NCBI GenBank assembly: GCA_964016885.1
Contig: OZ024742.1
Location: 10,168,001 to 10,232,000, forward strand
From: Eledone cirrhosa
Taxonomy: Eukaryota
Direction of reading: 5' to 3'
Length of the DNA: 64,000 bases
The notes beneath the pieces were generated by a model, which was not told where the DNA came from, ran no database searches, and was given only the letters and a program-made list of their open reading frames with translations. Positions within the stretch are counted from its first letter, which is position 1. Every line of letters begins with the position of its first letter. Made by a program: the position numbers and the translations under genes. Shown here one piece after another: positions 23,260 through 35,892 of the stretch.

Positions 23260-26200
23260 TATCTTTCTTTATTTGCCACAGGGGCGTACAAAAATGGGAC
23301 ATTACAATACGTGAGGGCGGGGGTTAACATTAATAAATAACAATAAACTATATATAATAAAATAACAATTGAAATCCCCCGTAGGGGGGAACGTTACTAC
23401 AGGGTTGTTTTACACCCCGTGGATAGAACAACCCTCAACGCCAGGAACACGTTTTGTAGGTGTTCCCGTCTTCCCTCTGTTTATCTTCCTCAACCTACAG
23501 GTTTATATACAGAGAAGGCGCATTCACTCGGGCCATTTTTGCCACATTCACCCACCTTTCAGCGAATTTACTGGGGTGTAGCACCTCTCTCTCCACTCTC
23601 ACCTTCCTTCTGAAGTGATACTTAAAGAAGGGCATAAGTTGTTGTCCGGAGAGAAAGGTGTTTGCCCTCAGTCCTTTTAACCTCGTCCACCATATTACCT
23701 CTTTCGCCATAGCCACCAGACAGAGGAAAACCGCCTCTCCTTCGTTCTTAAACGAAGGCGGCGGGGTGATCCTCACGATGGACTCGGCTGACAACTGGAT
23801 GCGTCCCACATGTGACAGCAGCTGTTCGACATAATTCCACAGGTCGGTCACCCCTGGGCACTGAACAATTGCGTGCAGAACGGTTTCAATGTCCTGCTCG
23901 CATCTTGGACAGGTCCTTTTGGCAGGATCTCTGCCAGGGCGTCTGTGCCTGTAGATTTTGTCTCGAACTGGTAGAGCTCCTCGGTAGCACTGCCAGGCCA
24001 GAGACCTCTGGAAGTTATCCATAAGCCCTGGACGGAAAGTCCTCCCGAACAGACTGGTCAGCCCGTCCTCCTCGATGCCTAGAGTTTCCCCGAGAACGTC
24101 GTCGCACTTATCCTCCACTAATCCCCTATAGAATGTCAAAGTAGAGTCTCCGCTGATTGCCGTTTCCGCTTGGTAGAGGGCTGTGAGCGTCTGTAGGCAT
24201 TCGAGGTGCCAGGCTCCCATTTTCGGTCTTCGCTTGACCTAGGACTGCAGCTCTGTTAGTGAGACGAGTTGTGGAAGAGCTTGTCTCACAAACGACAGCC
24301 ACACCGGTTCACCGGTCAGAAATACCTGGAGATGGCGTAGCCTCAGCGCATGTTTGCGCATCATCAGCCACGGCCTGCCCAGGTCTCCGTTAGAAGGGTG
24401 TTGACAGCAGATGGATCTCCTCACCAATGGAGCCTGTTTCTTCCAGAGGAACTTGAAGAGTAGGCGTTCCATTTTGGTAAGGTATTCGCGGGGGCAATGC
24501 ACAACTGTCAAGCGGTAGTAGATGACGGACGCTATGTAAGTGTTCGCCACCTCCGCTCGACCTTTCAAGGACAGTTTGCACTCAGCCCACTTCTGGGTGA
24601 GTGCAAACAACTTCGCCGTGACCTCGTTCCACTTCTTGTCCACCTGGAGGTCTGGACCGAACCACACCCCGAGCAATTTCACCGGTCCTTCTGTCCAGCG
24701 TCCAACGACACTGTCGGAAGGCATGGGTTTGCCTCTCCATGTGCCGAGTTGCAAACCGACAGACTTGTTTGGGTTTAGTCTTGCTCCTGTCGACGTTTCG
24801 TATTCCTGTAATAGGTTGCCGATTACACTGATTTCCGAGGTTTTCGACACCATTACGGTTATGTCGTCGGCATAGGCTGTCGCCGCTTTCCGCAGTCCTG
24901 GTTCGATCGGGATGCCATGCAACAGCTCCAATTTCCGCAGTAACGGCTCGAGAGTCAGTACATACAGAATGGAGGAGAGAGGGCATCCCTGACGGATGAA
25001 ACGCATGATTTGGAATGGCTCTGATAGGTATCCATTCCCCTTGATTGCCGAGCAGATGCTGGTGTGCATGACAGCGATCCAGCCTCTGAAGACGGGACCG
25101 AAGCCGGCCGCCTTGAGAACTGCTTCCAAGTATTGATGGTCGACCCTATCAAATGCTTCAGACTGATCTAAATTGATCAGAGCCCCACCAAAGCCATGTT
25201 TACACCCTACCCTCTCTATGATGTATCGCATGAGGTGGAGGTTGTCGTGTATGGACCTGGTCGGGATTGCACACATTTGGGCTTCCCCTACCAGGTTCTC
25301 GACGACAAGCGCCAGCCTTGCTGCTAACACCTTGGCCAAAATCTTTAACTCTGTGTTGAGTAGAGCTATGGTCCTGAAATTGCTTATCTCATCCCCTTTG
25401 TTCTCATCTTTCATGACCAGCGTTACTACGCCTCTGCCTACAGAACTGGGAATCCTCCCGTTCTGCTGCCAGTTGCAGTAAACCGCTTCGAAGACGCCAG
25501 AGAACAAGTCTGGCATGCCTATATAAAACTCATAGGGTAGACCATCTAAACCGGGTGATTTGCGTTTCCCGCAGCGGCCTAGGGCATCTTCTATTTCTCC
25601 CGCTGTGATCAGCCTTTCGCAACTCTCCGCATCCGTGCTCGAGAGTCGCGGTACGCCGTCGAGGTAGTAGCTGAAGTCCATCACCTCGCTAGATGTACCG
25701 CTTTGCCCGAACAGTTGTGCAAAATGCTGCTGGAAGGCCGCGCACATCTGCTTGGATTCAAGTATAATGCGTCCATCTTTGTCTTGCAAAGACCGAATTG
25801 TGGATTTGTTGCCACTTTTCGCCTCTGCCACTCGGGCCCAGCTAACAGCTTTGGCTCCCTCGTTTCTTAGAGCACGTGTTCTAATTCTGACAATACAACC
25901 TTCGTGTTTCATGTTGAAGAACTGGTCTAGTGCCGTTCTCGCCGCTAGCACGTCAGCTGTACTGCCATTCCTAAGTGCCTCTTCTATTTTAGCTACCAGT
26001 TCCTTTTCAGTTTTGTTTTTTTCTAAAGCTACTTCCTTGCTAAATGCTATTGATTCTATTCTAATTGCTCTCTTGAGAGGGCTCCACCACCTGTTGTTGA
26101 CGATCGCCCCCGTCAACTGGCACTTAACTAAGGTGCTAATCCGTTTACTGTAGGCCTTACGCGCCGGGAGCGACATGTTTCGCTTCCAGTATCCGGGTCC

Positions 26201-27247
26201 CTGTCTATGTGTTCTATCAAGGTTGACTACGCAGGTGACTAATTTGTGGTTTGAATAGGCAACCATGTGCATTTGTGGACAGCTTAATGTTTCCTTATCA
26301 TTCTGTCTAATTAAAAATCTATCTAAATACGATCTAGAAGACCCAGTGCGGTTGCTCCACGTCCACAGTGGTGCACTTGGGAAGTCTAGTCACTATCTAT
26401 CAGCCAGTTGGAATTGGCTGATGAGATTTTTGAGGCTATTACACCCCCCTCTATTATCACAAGCTCCTACATAGTCCCAACGTGCGTCTAAGATGCCATT
26501 TCAGTCCCCCAATAACACTAAGGAGCGAGATGTTTCTAGGAATGGCTCCAGACGCTTTAAGAACTCTGGTCGCGATGTCCCAGTTGGGGCATATACGGCC
26601 ACCAGTCTGAAAGCTCCACTTTCACTACCATTCACGTCCAGGACCACCAGGCTGCCCTCCGGGTCAAAGTGAATCGTCTATATTTTGAGATCCAAGTTTT
26701 TTCGAAACAGAACAGCAACTCCCCCTCCACCACCTGGCTGACAGAGAGATGCGTAGATCTCAAAATAATCGAACATGGGGGTTAGCTGCTGCTTGTCGTG
26801 AATTCTGGACTCGGTGATGGTTATCACATCTATACAATGTGACCTGAGATCACTTAAAACCTGGCCCTGTTTCCATGACATGCCCAGGCCACGTACATTC
26901 AAACATCCAGCTTGTATAGTCGCCATGTTGGTGAAGAAGAGTTAAGGAGAGAAAAGGCAGGAACACTTACCTTTTCGTTTCCTGGAGGTCGGGTTGTTCG
27001 ATCTCCATGTCCAGATTGGTGGTGTTTGGGGAGGGAGGGAATCATTTTAGCAGAACACGGTTGAGGGGCTTTTGGCAAGGGGGGCCCACATCATGTCGGA
27101 GGTTCTCTTTTAAAGTTTGATAAGTTTGAGGTTTGGTGGTGGGTCGTTGTTGGGGAAAGTTTTCCCTTCCGTTTGTATTGTGGGGTCCTTTCGGACAGTT
27201 TCCACCTGTTCTTTGTTTCTTGTTTTTATGTATGTGTAGTGTGTTTT
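23260..27247 (-). mobile_element. Tx1-clade LINE copy 2 (divergent subfamily): end of ORF1 plus complete but disrupted ORF2
   Basis: ORF2 from ATG 26926 (GCLNVRGL, APE endonuclease), RT (PGLDGLP, RQGCPLS, YADD) and C-terminal CPRC...H...C to about 23495, with in-frame stops; bounded by GATA/GACA runs. Confidence 0.93.
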
Positions 27248-27309
27248 ATAGATAGACAGACAGACAGATAGATAGACAGACAGACAGATAGACAGATAGC
27301 TGGACAGAC

Positions 27310-27384
<75 letters not shown>

Positions 27385-27386
<2 letters not shown>

Positions 27387-28448
27387 TGTTTCTTTTATTT
27401 GCCACAAGGGCATCAAAAGTGGGACAAGTACAATGGGGGGAGTTTACAAAACAAGGCGTCCTCAATAAGGAGGAGGCAATAACAATATATAAAAATAAAA
27501 TAAAATATAACAAAAAATAGAATTATAACAAAATCCTCAATAGAGGATTTTGTTATGAAATATAACAAAAAATAGAATTATAACAAAATCCTCAATAGAG
27601 GATTTTGTTATAAAATATAACAAAAAATAGAATTATAACAAAATCCTCAATAGAGGATTTTGTTATAAAATATAACAAAAAATAAAATTTATAACAAAAT
27701 CCTCAATAGAGAGGAGGCGCCTTGGGGGGTCGCACACACCCCCGAAAAAAGTGTGCAACCCTTTTCCTCAGGAGCACAGAGAGGGGGTGCTCCCTCGTTC
27801 CTTCCTCTTTTCCACCTACAGGCTCATGTAAAGAGAAGGCCCATTCACACGGGCCATTCTCGCCACTTTCACCCACCTTTCATAAAAACGACTGGGGTGC
27901 AGCACCTCTCTCTCCATCCTGATCCTTCTTCCGAAATGATATCGGAAGAAACGCACCAGTTGTTGGCCAGAGAGAAAGGTGCCTGACCTCAGTCCTTTCA
28001 GACGCGTCCACCATACAACCTCTTTCGCCATGGCTATTACGCACAGAAACACCGCCTCTGCTTCATCTTTGAAGGGGGGAGGCGGCTTGATCATTACAAT
28101 AGACTCGGTGGTCAACCGGATCGGTCCCACCCTTGACAGCAGTTGTTCGACATAGCCCCACAGATCGGCTACGCCCGAGCAGTGTACCAATGCGTGTGCA
28201 ACGGTTTCCTCGTCGCACACGCATCTGGGACAGATCTTTTTGGCGGGGTCCCTACCCGGGCGCCCGTGTCTGTAGAGCCTTTCTCGAACGGGTAAAGCTC
28301 CTCGGTAGCACTGCCAGGCCAGGGACTTCTGGAAGTTGTCCATAGGTCCCGGGCTGAATGTCCTACCGAACAGGCCGGCCAGTTCGTCCTCCTCCATGTC
28401 TAGGGCTTCTCCGAGGGCGTCGTCGCACCTGCTGCGTACCAGCCCTCT

Positions 28449-28449
<1 letters not shown>
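27385..28449 (-). mobile_element. Tx1-clade LINE copy 3 (5'-truncated)
   Basis: ORF2 C-terminus nearly identical to copy 4; (GATA)n on both sides. Confidence 0.92.
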
Positions 28450-28483
<34 letters not shown>

Positions 28484-28747
28484 TGTTTCTTTTATTTGCC
28501 ATCAGGGCATCAAAAGTGGGACAAGTACAAAGGGGGGAGTTTACACAAAAAGGCGTCCTCAATAAGGAGGAGGCAATAACAAAATATAAAAATAAAATAA
28601 AATATAACAAAAAATAAAATTTATAACAAAATCCTCAATAGAGAGGAGGCGCCTTGGGGGGTCGCACACACCCCCGAAAAAAGTGTGCAACCCTTTTCCT
28701 CAGGAGCACAGAGAGGGGGTGCTCCCTCGTTCCTTCCTCTTTTCCAC

Positions 28748-31700
28748 CTACAGGCTTATGTAAAGAGAAGGCCCATTCACACGAGCCATTCTCTCCACTT
28801 TCACCCACCTTTCATAAAAACGACTGGGGTGGAGCACCTCTCTCTCCATCCTGATCCTTCATCCGAAATGATATCGGAAGAAACGGACCAGTTGTTGGCC
28901 AGAGAGAAAGGTGCCTGACCTCAGTCCTTTCAGACGCGTCCACCATACAACCTATTTCGCCATGGCTATTACGCACAGAAACACCGCCTCTGCTTCATCT
29001 TTGAAGGGGGGAGGCGGCTTGATCATTACAATAGACTCGGTGGACAACCGGATCGGTCCCACCCTTGACAGCAGTTGTTCGACATAGCCCAACAGATCGG
29101 CTACGCCCGAGCAGTGTACCAATGCGTGTGCAACGGTTTCCTCGTCACACACGCATCTGGGACAGATCTTTTTGGCGGGGTCCCTACCCGGGCGCCCGTG
29201 TCTGTAGAGCCTTTCTCGAACGGGTAAAGCCCCTCGGTAGCACTGCCAGGCCAGGGACTTCTGGAAGTTGTCCATAGGTCCCGGGCTGAATGTCCTACCG
29301 AACAGGCTGGCCAGTTCGTCCTCCTCCATGTCTAGGGCCTCTCCGAGGGCGTCGTCGCACCTGCTGCGTACCAGCCCTCTATAGAATGTTGCGGTGGAGT
29401 CTCCACTGATAACCGGATCCGCCTGCCAGAGGGCGGTGAGCGCCTGGGCACACTCAGTGTGCCAGGCGCCCAGTTTTCTCGGTCTTTGCTTGACCCAGGA
29501 TTGCAGCTCGGTGAGTGAGACGAGTCTGGGAAAGGTTCGTCTCACAAGCGAGGCCCACACCGGTTGACCGGTGAGGAATACGTAGAGGTGCCGTAGCCTT
29601 AATGCGCGTTTACGCATCATTAGCCACGGCATCCCAGCCTTGCTTTCGAAGGGTGTTGACAGCAGATGGATCTCCTCACCATAGGAGCCCGCCTCTTCCA
29701 AAGGAATTGGAAGAGTGCGCGCTCCATCTTGGTGAGGGTTTCCCTTGGGCAGGGCACTACGGTTAGGCGGTAGTAGATGACGGACGCTATGTAGGTGTTC
29801 GCCACCTCCGCCCGACCTTTCAGGGATAGTTTGCACCTGGCCCACTTCTGGGTCAGTGCAAACACCCTGTTCGTAACCTCCGCCCAGTTTTTCTCCACCT
29901 GGAGGTCCGGTCCGAACCAGACCCCGAGCAACTTCACCGGGCCCTCCGTCCAGCGTCCGACGACGCCATCGGAGGGCATCGGTCTGACCCTCCACGTGCC
30001 GAGTTGCAAACCGATCGACTTGTCCCGGTTCAGCTTAGCCCCTGTGAACCTTTCGTACTCCTCCAGTAAGGTGCCGACCGCCTCGATTTCGGAGGCCGTC
30101 GACACCATTACTGTCACGTCATCGGCGTAGGCCGACACCGCTTTCCGCAATCCCGGTTCCAAAGGGATGCCCTGCAACAACTCCAACTTCCGCAGTAGTG
30201 GCTCGAGAGTCAACACATACAGAAGGGAGGAGAGAGGGCACCCTTGTCGGATGGACCGCGCGATTTTGAACGGCTCCGAGAGGTAGCCGTTCACTTTGAC
30301 CCTAGAGCAGATGTGGCTGCTGTGCATGACATTGATCCAGCCCCTGAAAACGGGTCCGAACCCTGCCGCTGCTAGCACCGCATCCAGGTAACTATGGTCG
30401 ACCCTATCGAATGCCTTAGATTGATCCAAGTTGATCAGGGCCCCACCAAAGCCGGGTTCGTTCCCAACCCTCTCTATGATGTATCGCATGAGGTGGAGGT
30501 TATCGTGGATGGACCTGGACGGGATAGCACATGTCTGCGCATCTCCCACCAGGTTGCCCAGGACAAGCGCCAACCGCTTTGCTAGCACCTTGGCCAAAAT
30601 CTGTAACTCTGTATTTAGCAGAGTTATGAGCCTGAAGTTACTTATTTCGTTCCCCTTGTTCTCGTCCTTCCTCACTAGCGTGACTACGCCCTTGGTCACA
30701 GTACAGGGAATTCTCCCGTTCTGTTGCCAGTTGCAGTAGGCCGCCTCGAGGAGATCGGGGAACAAGTCCGGCATAGCTAGATATAATTCGTAAGGAAGAC
30801 CATCGAGACCCGGGGATTTGCGTTTGCCGCATTGGCTCAGCACGTCCTCTATCTCAGCGGCCGAAATCGGCTCCTCGCAGGACTTCGCCTCCTTGTCCGA
30901 GAGGCGCGGCAGGCCGTCGAGGTATGGACCGAAGTCCACGTTCCCAACCGGCTCCCCGCCCCTCCCGAACAGTCGGGCAAAGTGCCTTTGAAAGGCCTCA
31001 CACATCTGCTTAGGCTCAAGAATCGCCCGTCCATCCAGGTCTCGCAAAGACCGGATGGTGGATTTAGTTCCACTGTTGGCCTCTGTCACGCGGGCCCAGC
31101 TAACAGCTTTGGTCCCCTCGTTCCCTAGAGCACGTATTTTACTTCGGACAACGCAACCTTCGTGCTTCGCGTCGAAAAACTGGCTCAAAGCCGTTCTCGA
31201 CGCTAGCACTCTGGCCACGTCGCCGCTTCTAAAAGCCTCTTCTACTCTATCTATTAGCTCCCTTTCCTTCCTATTCCTATCCGCAGCTAGAACCTTACTA
31301 AATTCTATCGAGACTACTCTAATCTCTCTCTTTAGAGATACCCACCACCTGCTGTTGACGATCGCTCCAGTCAACCGTTCCTTAACTAACGTACTAATCC
31401 GATCCCTGTAGGCTCTACTTGCCGGCAAGGACAAGTTGAGCTTCCAGTAACCGGGGCCCTGTCTATGCGTTCTATCAAGGTTGACCATGCAGGTCACCAA
31501 CTTGTGGTCTGAATAGCCAACCATGAGCATTTCTGGACAACTTAAAAAGTCCCTGTCCTTATTTCTAACTAAAAATCTATCTAGGTACGACCTAGATGAT
31601 CCGCTGCGATTTGACCAAGACCAGGTTGGCACCGTCGGAAAATCTAGTCGAAATCTATCGGCCAGATCAAATCGGCCGAGTAACCCCTTGAGGCTTTTGC

Positions 31701-32184
31701 ACCCCTCTCTATCGGGACATGCCCCTGCATAGTCCCAACGTGCATCCAGGATACCATTCCAATCCCCCACTAAAAGCAGGGAACGGGACGTCCCTAGAAA
31801 AGACTCCAGACGCTGGAAAAAGTCGGGCCGCTCAGTCCCAAAAGGGGCATATGCGGCTACCAGCCTAAAGGCTCTACCTTCACCACTGCCAAGGTCCAGC
31901 ACAACCAGTCGACCCCCTGGGTCCAAGTGAACTATCTGTGTTGCAAGGCCCATATGTTTTTGCAGCAGAACGACAACCCCACCCCCACCTCCGGGCTGAC
32001 AGAGAGATGCGTGCATCTCAAAGTCGTCGAAGGTGGGGGCTAGCTGTCGCATGCTGCTGATCCGGGCATCGCAGATAACCATCACATTTATAGATTGTGA
32101 CCTGAGGTCATTTAGAAGCATTGCTTGCTTCCAAGACGAGCCCAGGCCACGCGCATTTAGACACCCTACTCTTAGCACAGCCAT
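28748..32184 (-). pseudogene. Tx1 ORF2 (APE endonuclease + reverse transcriptase + C-terminal zinc motif)
   Basis: VGCLNARGL, LVGDWN, SYLDRFL, SDHKL; PGLDGLPYE, LDQSKAFDRVDH, RQGCPLS, YADDV; CPRC...ETVAHALVHC. One frameshift near 29640 and a premature TAG at 28952. Confidence 0.93.
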
Positions 32185-32208
32185 GTTGGTGGTAAGGAGA
32201 AAAGGCAC

Positions 32209-33854
32209 TTACCTCTCTGCGTCCCGGGAAACGGGCCGCTCAATTTCCATGCTGGTTGGGGATGGGTTGTTGGGTGGGGTGGTGGTTTGTGGAAGTGAAG
32301 GGGCATCGGTGTGTTGTGGGTTTGGGGTGTTTGTGGTTGAGTGGGTGTCTGGGTGGGGTGGGGTGGGGGGTGAATTTTTTTAGGAGGACGCGGTTGATTG
32401 GTTTGGCGCAGGGGGGGCCCACGTCCTCCGTGAAATTTATTTTCAGTGTTTTGTACAAGTGCATTGGGACTTTTATCATTTTTAAATGAGGTAGTCCCAC
32501 AGCAGTTTTAAAGTTAGGCCCTTCAGTGGACCGAAGGGTTTGCTGAAATTGTTTTCCGTAATTCTTTGTTGTCTGTGTTCATGTATGTATATTGTAAGGT
32601 CTTTTTTTGTGTAGCAGATAGTGTTGTGTGACAGGGAGGGGTGGTTTGTGTGTAGTTTGTGTTCTCTTGGGGGAGGGTTAAAGTTAACATGTGTGTCTGT
32701 GGTGCGTCTCCTCTTCTTTCTTTTTATTTGTTGGAAGGGATCTTTTTCGTCTTGCGACGAAAGGGGTTCGTCTTCCTTGTTGGGTGGGAGGGGTATGTTT
32801 TCTGGTAGTGTTTGCGGTGTGTGTGTTTTTGTATTTGTTCTGGGTGGGGAGGGATTGGGTGGGACGGTATTCTGTGTTATTTTTTCACGTGTTTGTTGTT
32901 GTTGTTGTGGTGGTGGTGGTGGGGTTGTTGGTTTTTGTTGTTGTTGTTGTTGTGGTTGTTTTTGTTGTTGTTGTTGGGGTGGTGTTGGTGTTGGTAGCAG
33001 TGTTTTTTTCTGTGTGAGCTGGGGACAGGCAGCCCTCAGGTGACCTCTATTGCCACAGAGGTAACAGGAGGGACGCCTACCCTCCACAATAATGTTGAGG
33101 TGGGTACGGTCATCCAGCATGACGCGCTCAGGGATTTGGGCGATGCGTTCTGGCCTTATTTGGGTCAGAACTTCGATGCTCGTTCCACTGAACGCGTCGC
33201 CGGATGCCTTCCCTATTGAAATGAGGTTGTCCTCGTCTAAATTGAGGAAGCCGGTTAGTAACCACCAGTAGTTTATGTTTGGGGTGATGGTGGTTATCCA
33301 TATCCTCTGGGTTTTTTTACCCATGTAGGTGGGGAAGAAGGTGTAGTGTGTGGACCGAATTGGCGACACAGAGTATTTTTTCGCCGCCAATTCGTCTTTC
33401 ATCAATATGGATAAACTCCCATAGAGTTTATCCTTTTGTATAAAAGTGATATCTCTCATCGCGTCTTTCAAGACTAACTGAATTTCGGCTTGAGATGGTT
33501 GCGCTGGTTTTTTTGTTTTATTTAAAATTGTTCGGAATACGACAGTTCGTAATTCCGTCTGTTTTTTTAGTTCTGGAGGTGAATGTATAGAAAACGAACC
33601 GTTTTCGCCAAAAGATACATATTTCTTGGCTTTTTCCAGCATTTCTTTTGCTTTTGAAATGTCTTCAAGCACATAAGCGACTGATAATTTAGCCGTTTGT
33701 GCAAAAGATATTTTGTTTTCGCTTTGGATTTTAGTATTGTTTTGTTTCTCGTCGTTTGAGTTGTTTTCATCTTTGTTGTTGTTGTCTTTCTCGTTTGGTG
33801 TGTGGATACTTGTGACGTTTGTGTTGTTGTTGTTTTTGTTGTCTTTATTGTTGC

Positions 33855-33885
<31 letters not shown>

Positions 33886-34108
33886 GTTTTCAAATTCTTG
33901 TGTAGTTGTGGCTACATCTAGTGGTCGGTCAACAGGTGAAGACAATTCTTCCTCTCTCTGACCTCTGCCTTTGGCATCTGCTGCTGTGACAGTGGCAGGG
34001 GGAAGCTGTGAGTATGACTTCCCCTTTCCTTCTTTGATTGATGGTGAAGATGCTTCGCCATTTTTCTCAAAATAGGGTTTTTCGAAGTTTTTCGAAAGAT
34101 AAAATGTT
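32209..34108 (-). pseudogene. Tx1 ORF1 (gag-like, zinc knuckle), frameshifted near the 3' end
   Basis: CYLCGNRGHLRAAC (CX2CX4HX4C) in ORF 32482-33945; N-rich and Q/P-rich tracts; frame open upstream to about 34108 without an ATG; C-terminus MEIERPVSRDAER* at 32209 has counterparts in copies 2 and 6. Confidence 0.8.
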
Positions 34109-34310
34109 CACAATACTATTTCGCCCAAAGGCGCAGAATATTTTGAGAGACCGACCAGATCAAAATTTGACCTGGCAGTCCCTCTACAAAATGGTACAAA
34201 AATGAAAGTTTACAGTTTACAATTTCCGTATGAATTTAAACAAAAACTTACCGAGCGAGCTCAGCACATGTGTCCATCGTAAAGAGAGATAGATAGATAG
34301 ATAGATAGAG

Positions 34311-34373
<63 letters not shown>

Positions 34374-34418
34374 CAGAGACATATAGAGACAGACAGAAAG
34401 ATAAACACAAATAGACAG

Positions 34419-35820
34419 ATATGTTTCTTTATTAGCCACAGGGGCACAAAAGAAGGGGACAAATACAAAGGTGGAAGTTTACATACAATACAAACGTGTA
34501 AAATACTATCACAAATGCAACTTAAAAATTAATCGATTTTCCCCAATAGCGGGAGACATTACATATGGGTAACGCATACCCCCGAATAAAAAATGTGCAA
34601 CCCTCATCTCCAGGAGTACGAAGTGTTTGTACTCCTTTCCTCTCCTCCTCTTTTTCCTCAACCTACAGGCTGATATAGAGAGAAGGCCCATTCACTCGGG
34701 CCATTCTCGCCACTTTCACCCACCTTTCATAAAACTTGCTGGGGTACAGCACCTCTCTCTCCATCCTGATTCTTCTTCCAAAGTGGTATTTGAAAAAAAG
34801 AATCAGTTGTTGACCGGAGAGAAAGGTGTCTGACCTCAGCCCTTTCAGCCTTGTCCACCATACAACCTCTTTCACCATAGTTATCACACAAAGGAAAACC
34901 ACCTCTCCTTCGTTTTTGAAAGAGGGTGGGGGTTTGATCATGACAATGAAATCGGTGGTCAACTGGATTGGTCCCACCCGCGACAATAGTCGTTCCACAT
35001 AGCCCCACAGGTCGGTGACGCCCGGGCAGTGTATGAATGCGTGCGCAACGGTTTCTTCGTCTCGCACGCACCTCGGACAGGTCTTTTTTGCAGGGTCCCT
35101 GCCCGGGCGCCCATGTCTGTAGAGCTTGCCTCGAACTGGTAGAGCTCCTCGGTAGCACTGCCAGGCCAGGGACTTTTGGAAGTTGTCCATCGGTCCCGGG
35201 CGGAAGGTCCTACCGAACAGACTGGCCAGTTCGTCCTACTCTACGCCCAGAGTTTCACCGAGCACGTCGTCGCACTTGCTGCGGATCAACGCTCTATAGA
35301 ATGAAGACGTGGAGATGCCGCAGCCTGAGCGCGTGTTTGCGCATCGTCAGCCACGGCATCCCCAGCCCTGCGTTGGAAGAGCGTTGGCAGCAGATGGATC
35401 TCCTCATCAAAGGAGCCCGCCTCTTCCAAAGGAATTGGAAGAGCGCGCGCTCCATTTTGGCGAGCGTTTTGACTGGACAAGGCACGACGGACAAGGCACG
35501 ACGGTCAAGCGGTAGTAGATGGCGGACGCTATAAAAGTGTTCGCCATCTCCGCTCGACCTTTCAAGGATAGTTTGCACTCGGCCCCATTCTGGGTGAGTG
35601 CAAACACCTTGGCCGACACCTCGTTCCAGTTCTTCTCCACCTCGAGGTCCGGACCAAACCAGACTCCGAGAAGCTTTACCGGTCCTTCCGTCCAGCGTCC
35701 GACGACGCCATCGGAAGGCATCGTTTGCCTCTCCACGATCCGAGTTGCAAACCGATGGACTTGTCCCGGTTCAGCTTCGCTCCTGTGAAACTTTCGTATT
35801 CCTTCAGTAAGGTGCGGAAT
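34419..35820 (-). mobile_element. Tx1-clade LINE copy 5 (third subfamily; 5'-truncated, internal deletion near 35300)
   Basis: ORF2 C-terminal ORFs 34663-35190 and 35407-35736; distinct 3' UTR; GATA runs on both sides. Confidence 0.9.
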
Positions 35821-35821
35821 G

Positions 35822-35889
<68 letters not shown>

Positions 35890-35892
<3 letters not shown>

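Larger units (their letters stand above)
28491..34283 (-). mobile_element. Tx1-clade LINE copy 4, apparently full length (about 5.8 kb)
   Basis: 5' UTR, ORF1, ORF2 and 3' UTR ending ...GGCAAATAAAAGAAACATATCTATC; (GATA)n at 28450-28490 and 34284-34372. Confidence 0.95.

Noticed and set aside
27816-28610. ORFs fusing a hydrophobic N-terminus and YLSI repeats to a LINE C-terminus (also 22781-23302 and 38917-39558)
   Set aside because: Chance read-through from one copy's 3' UTR across (TATC)n into the next truncated copy.
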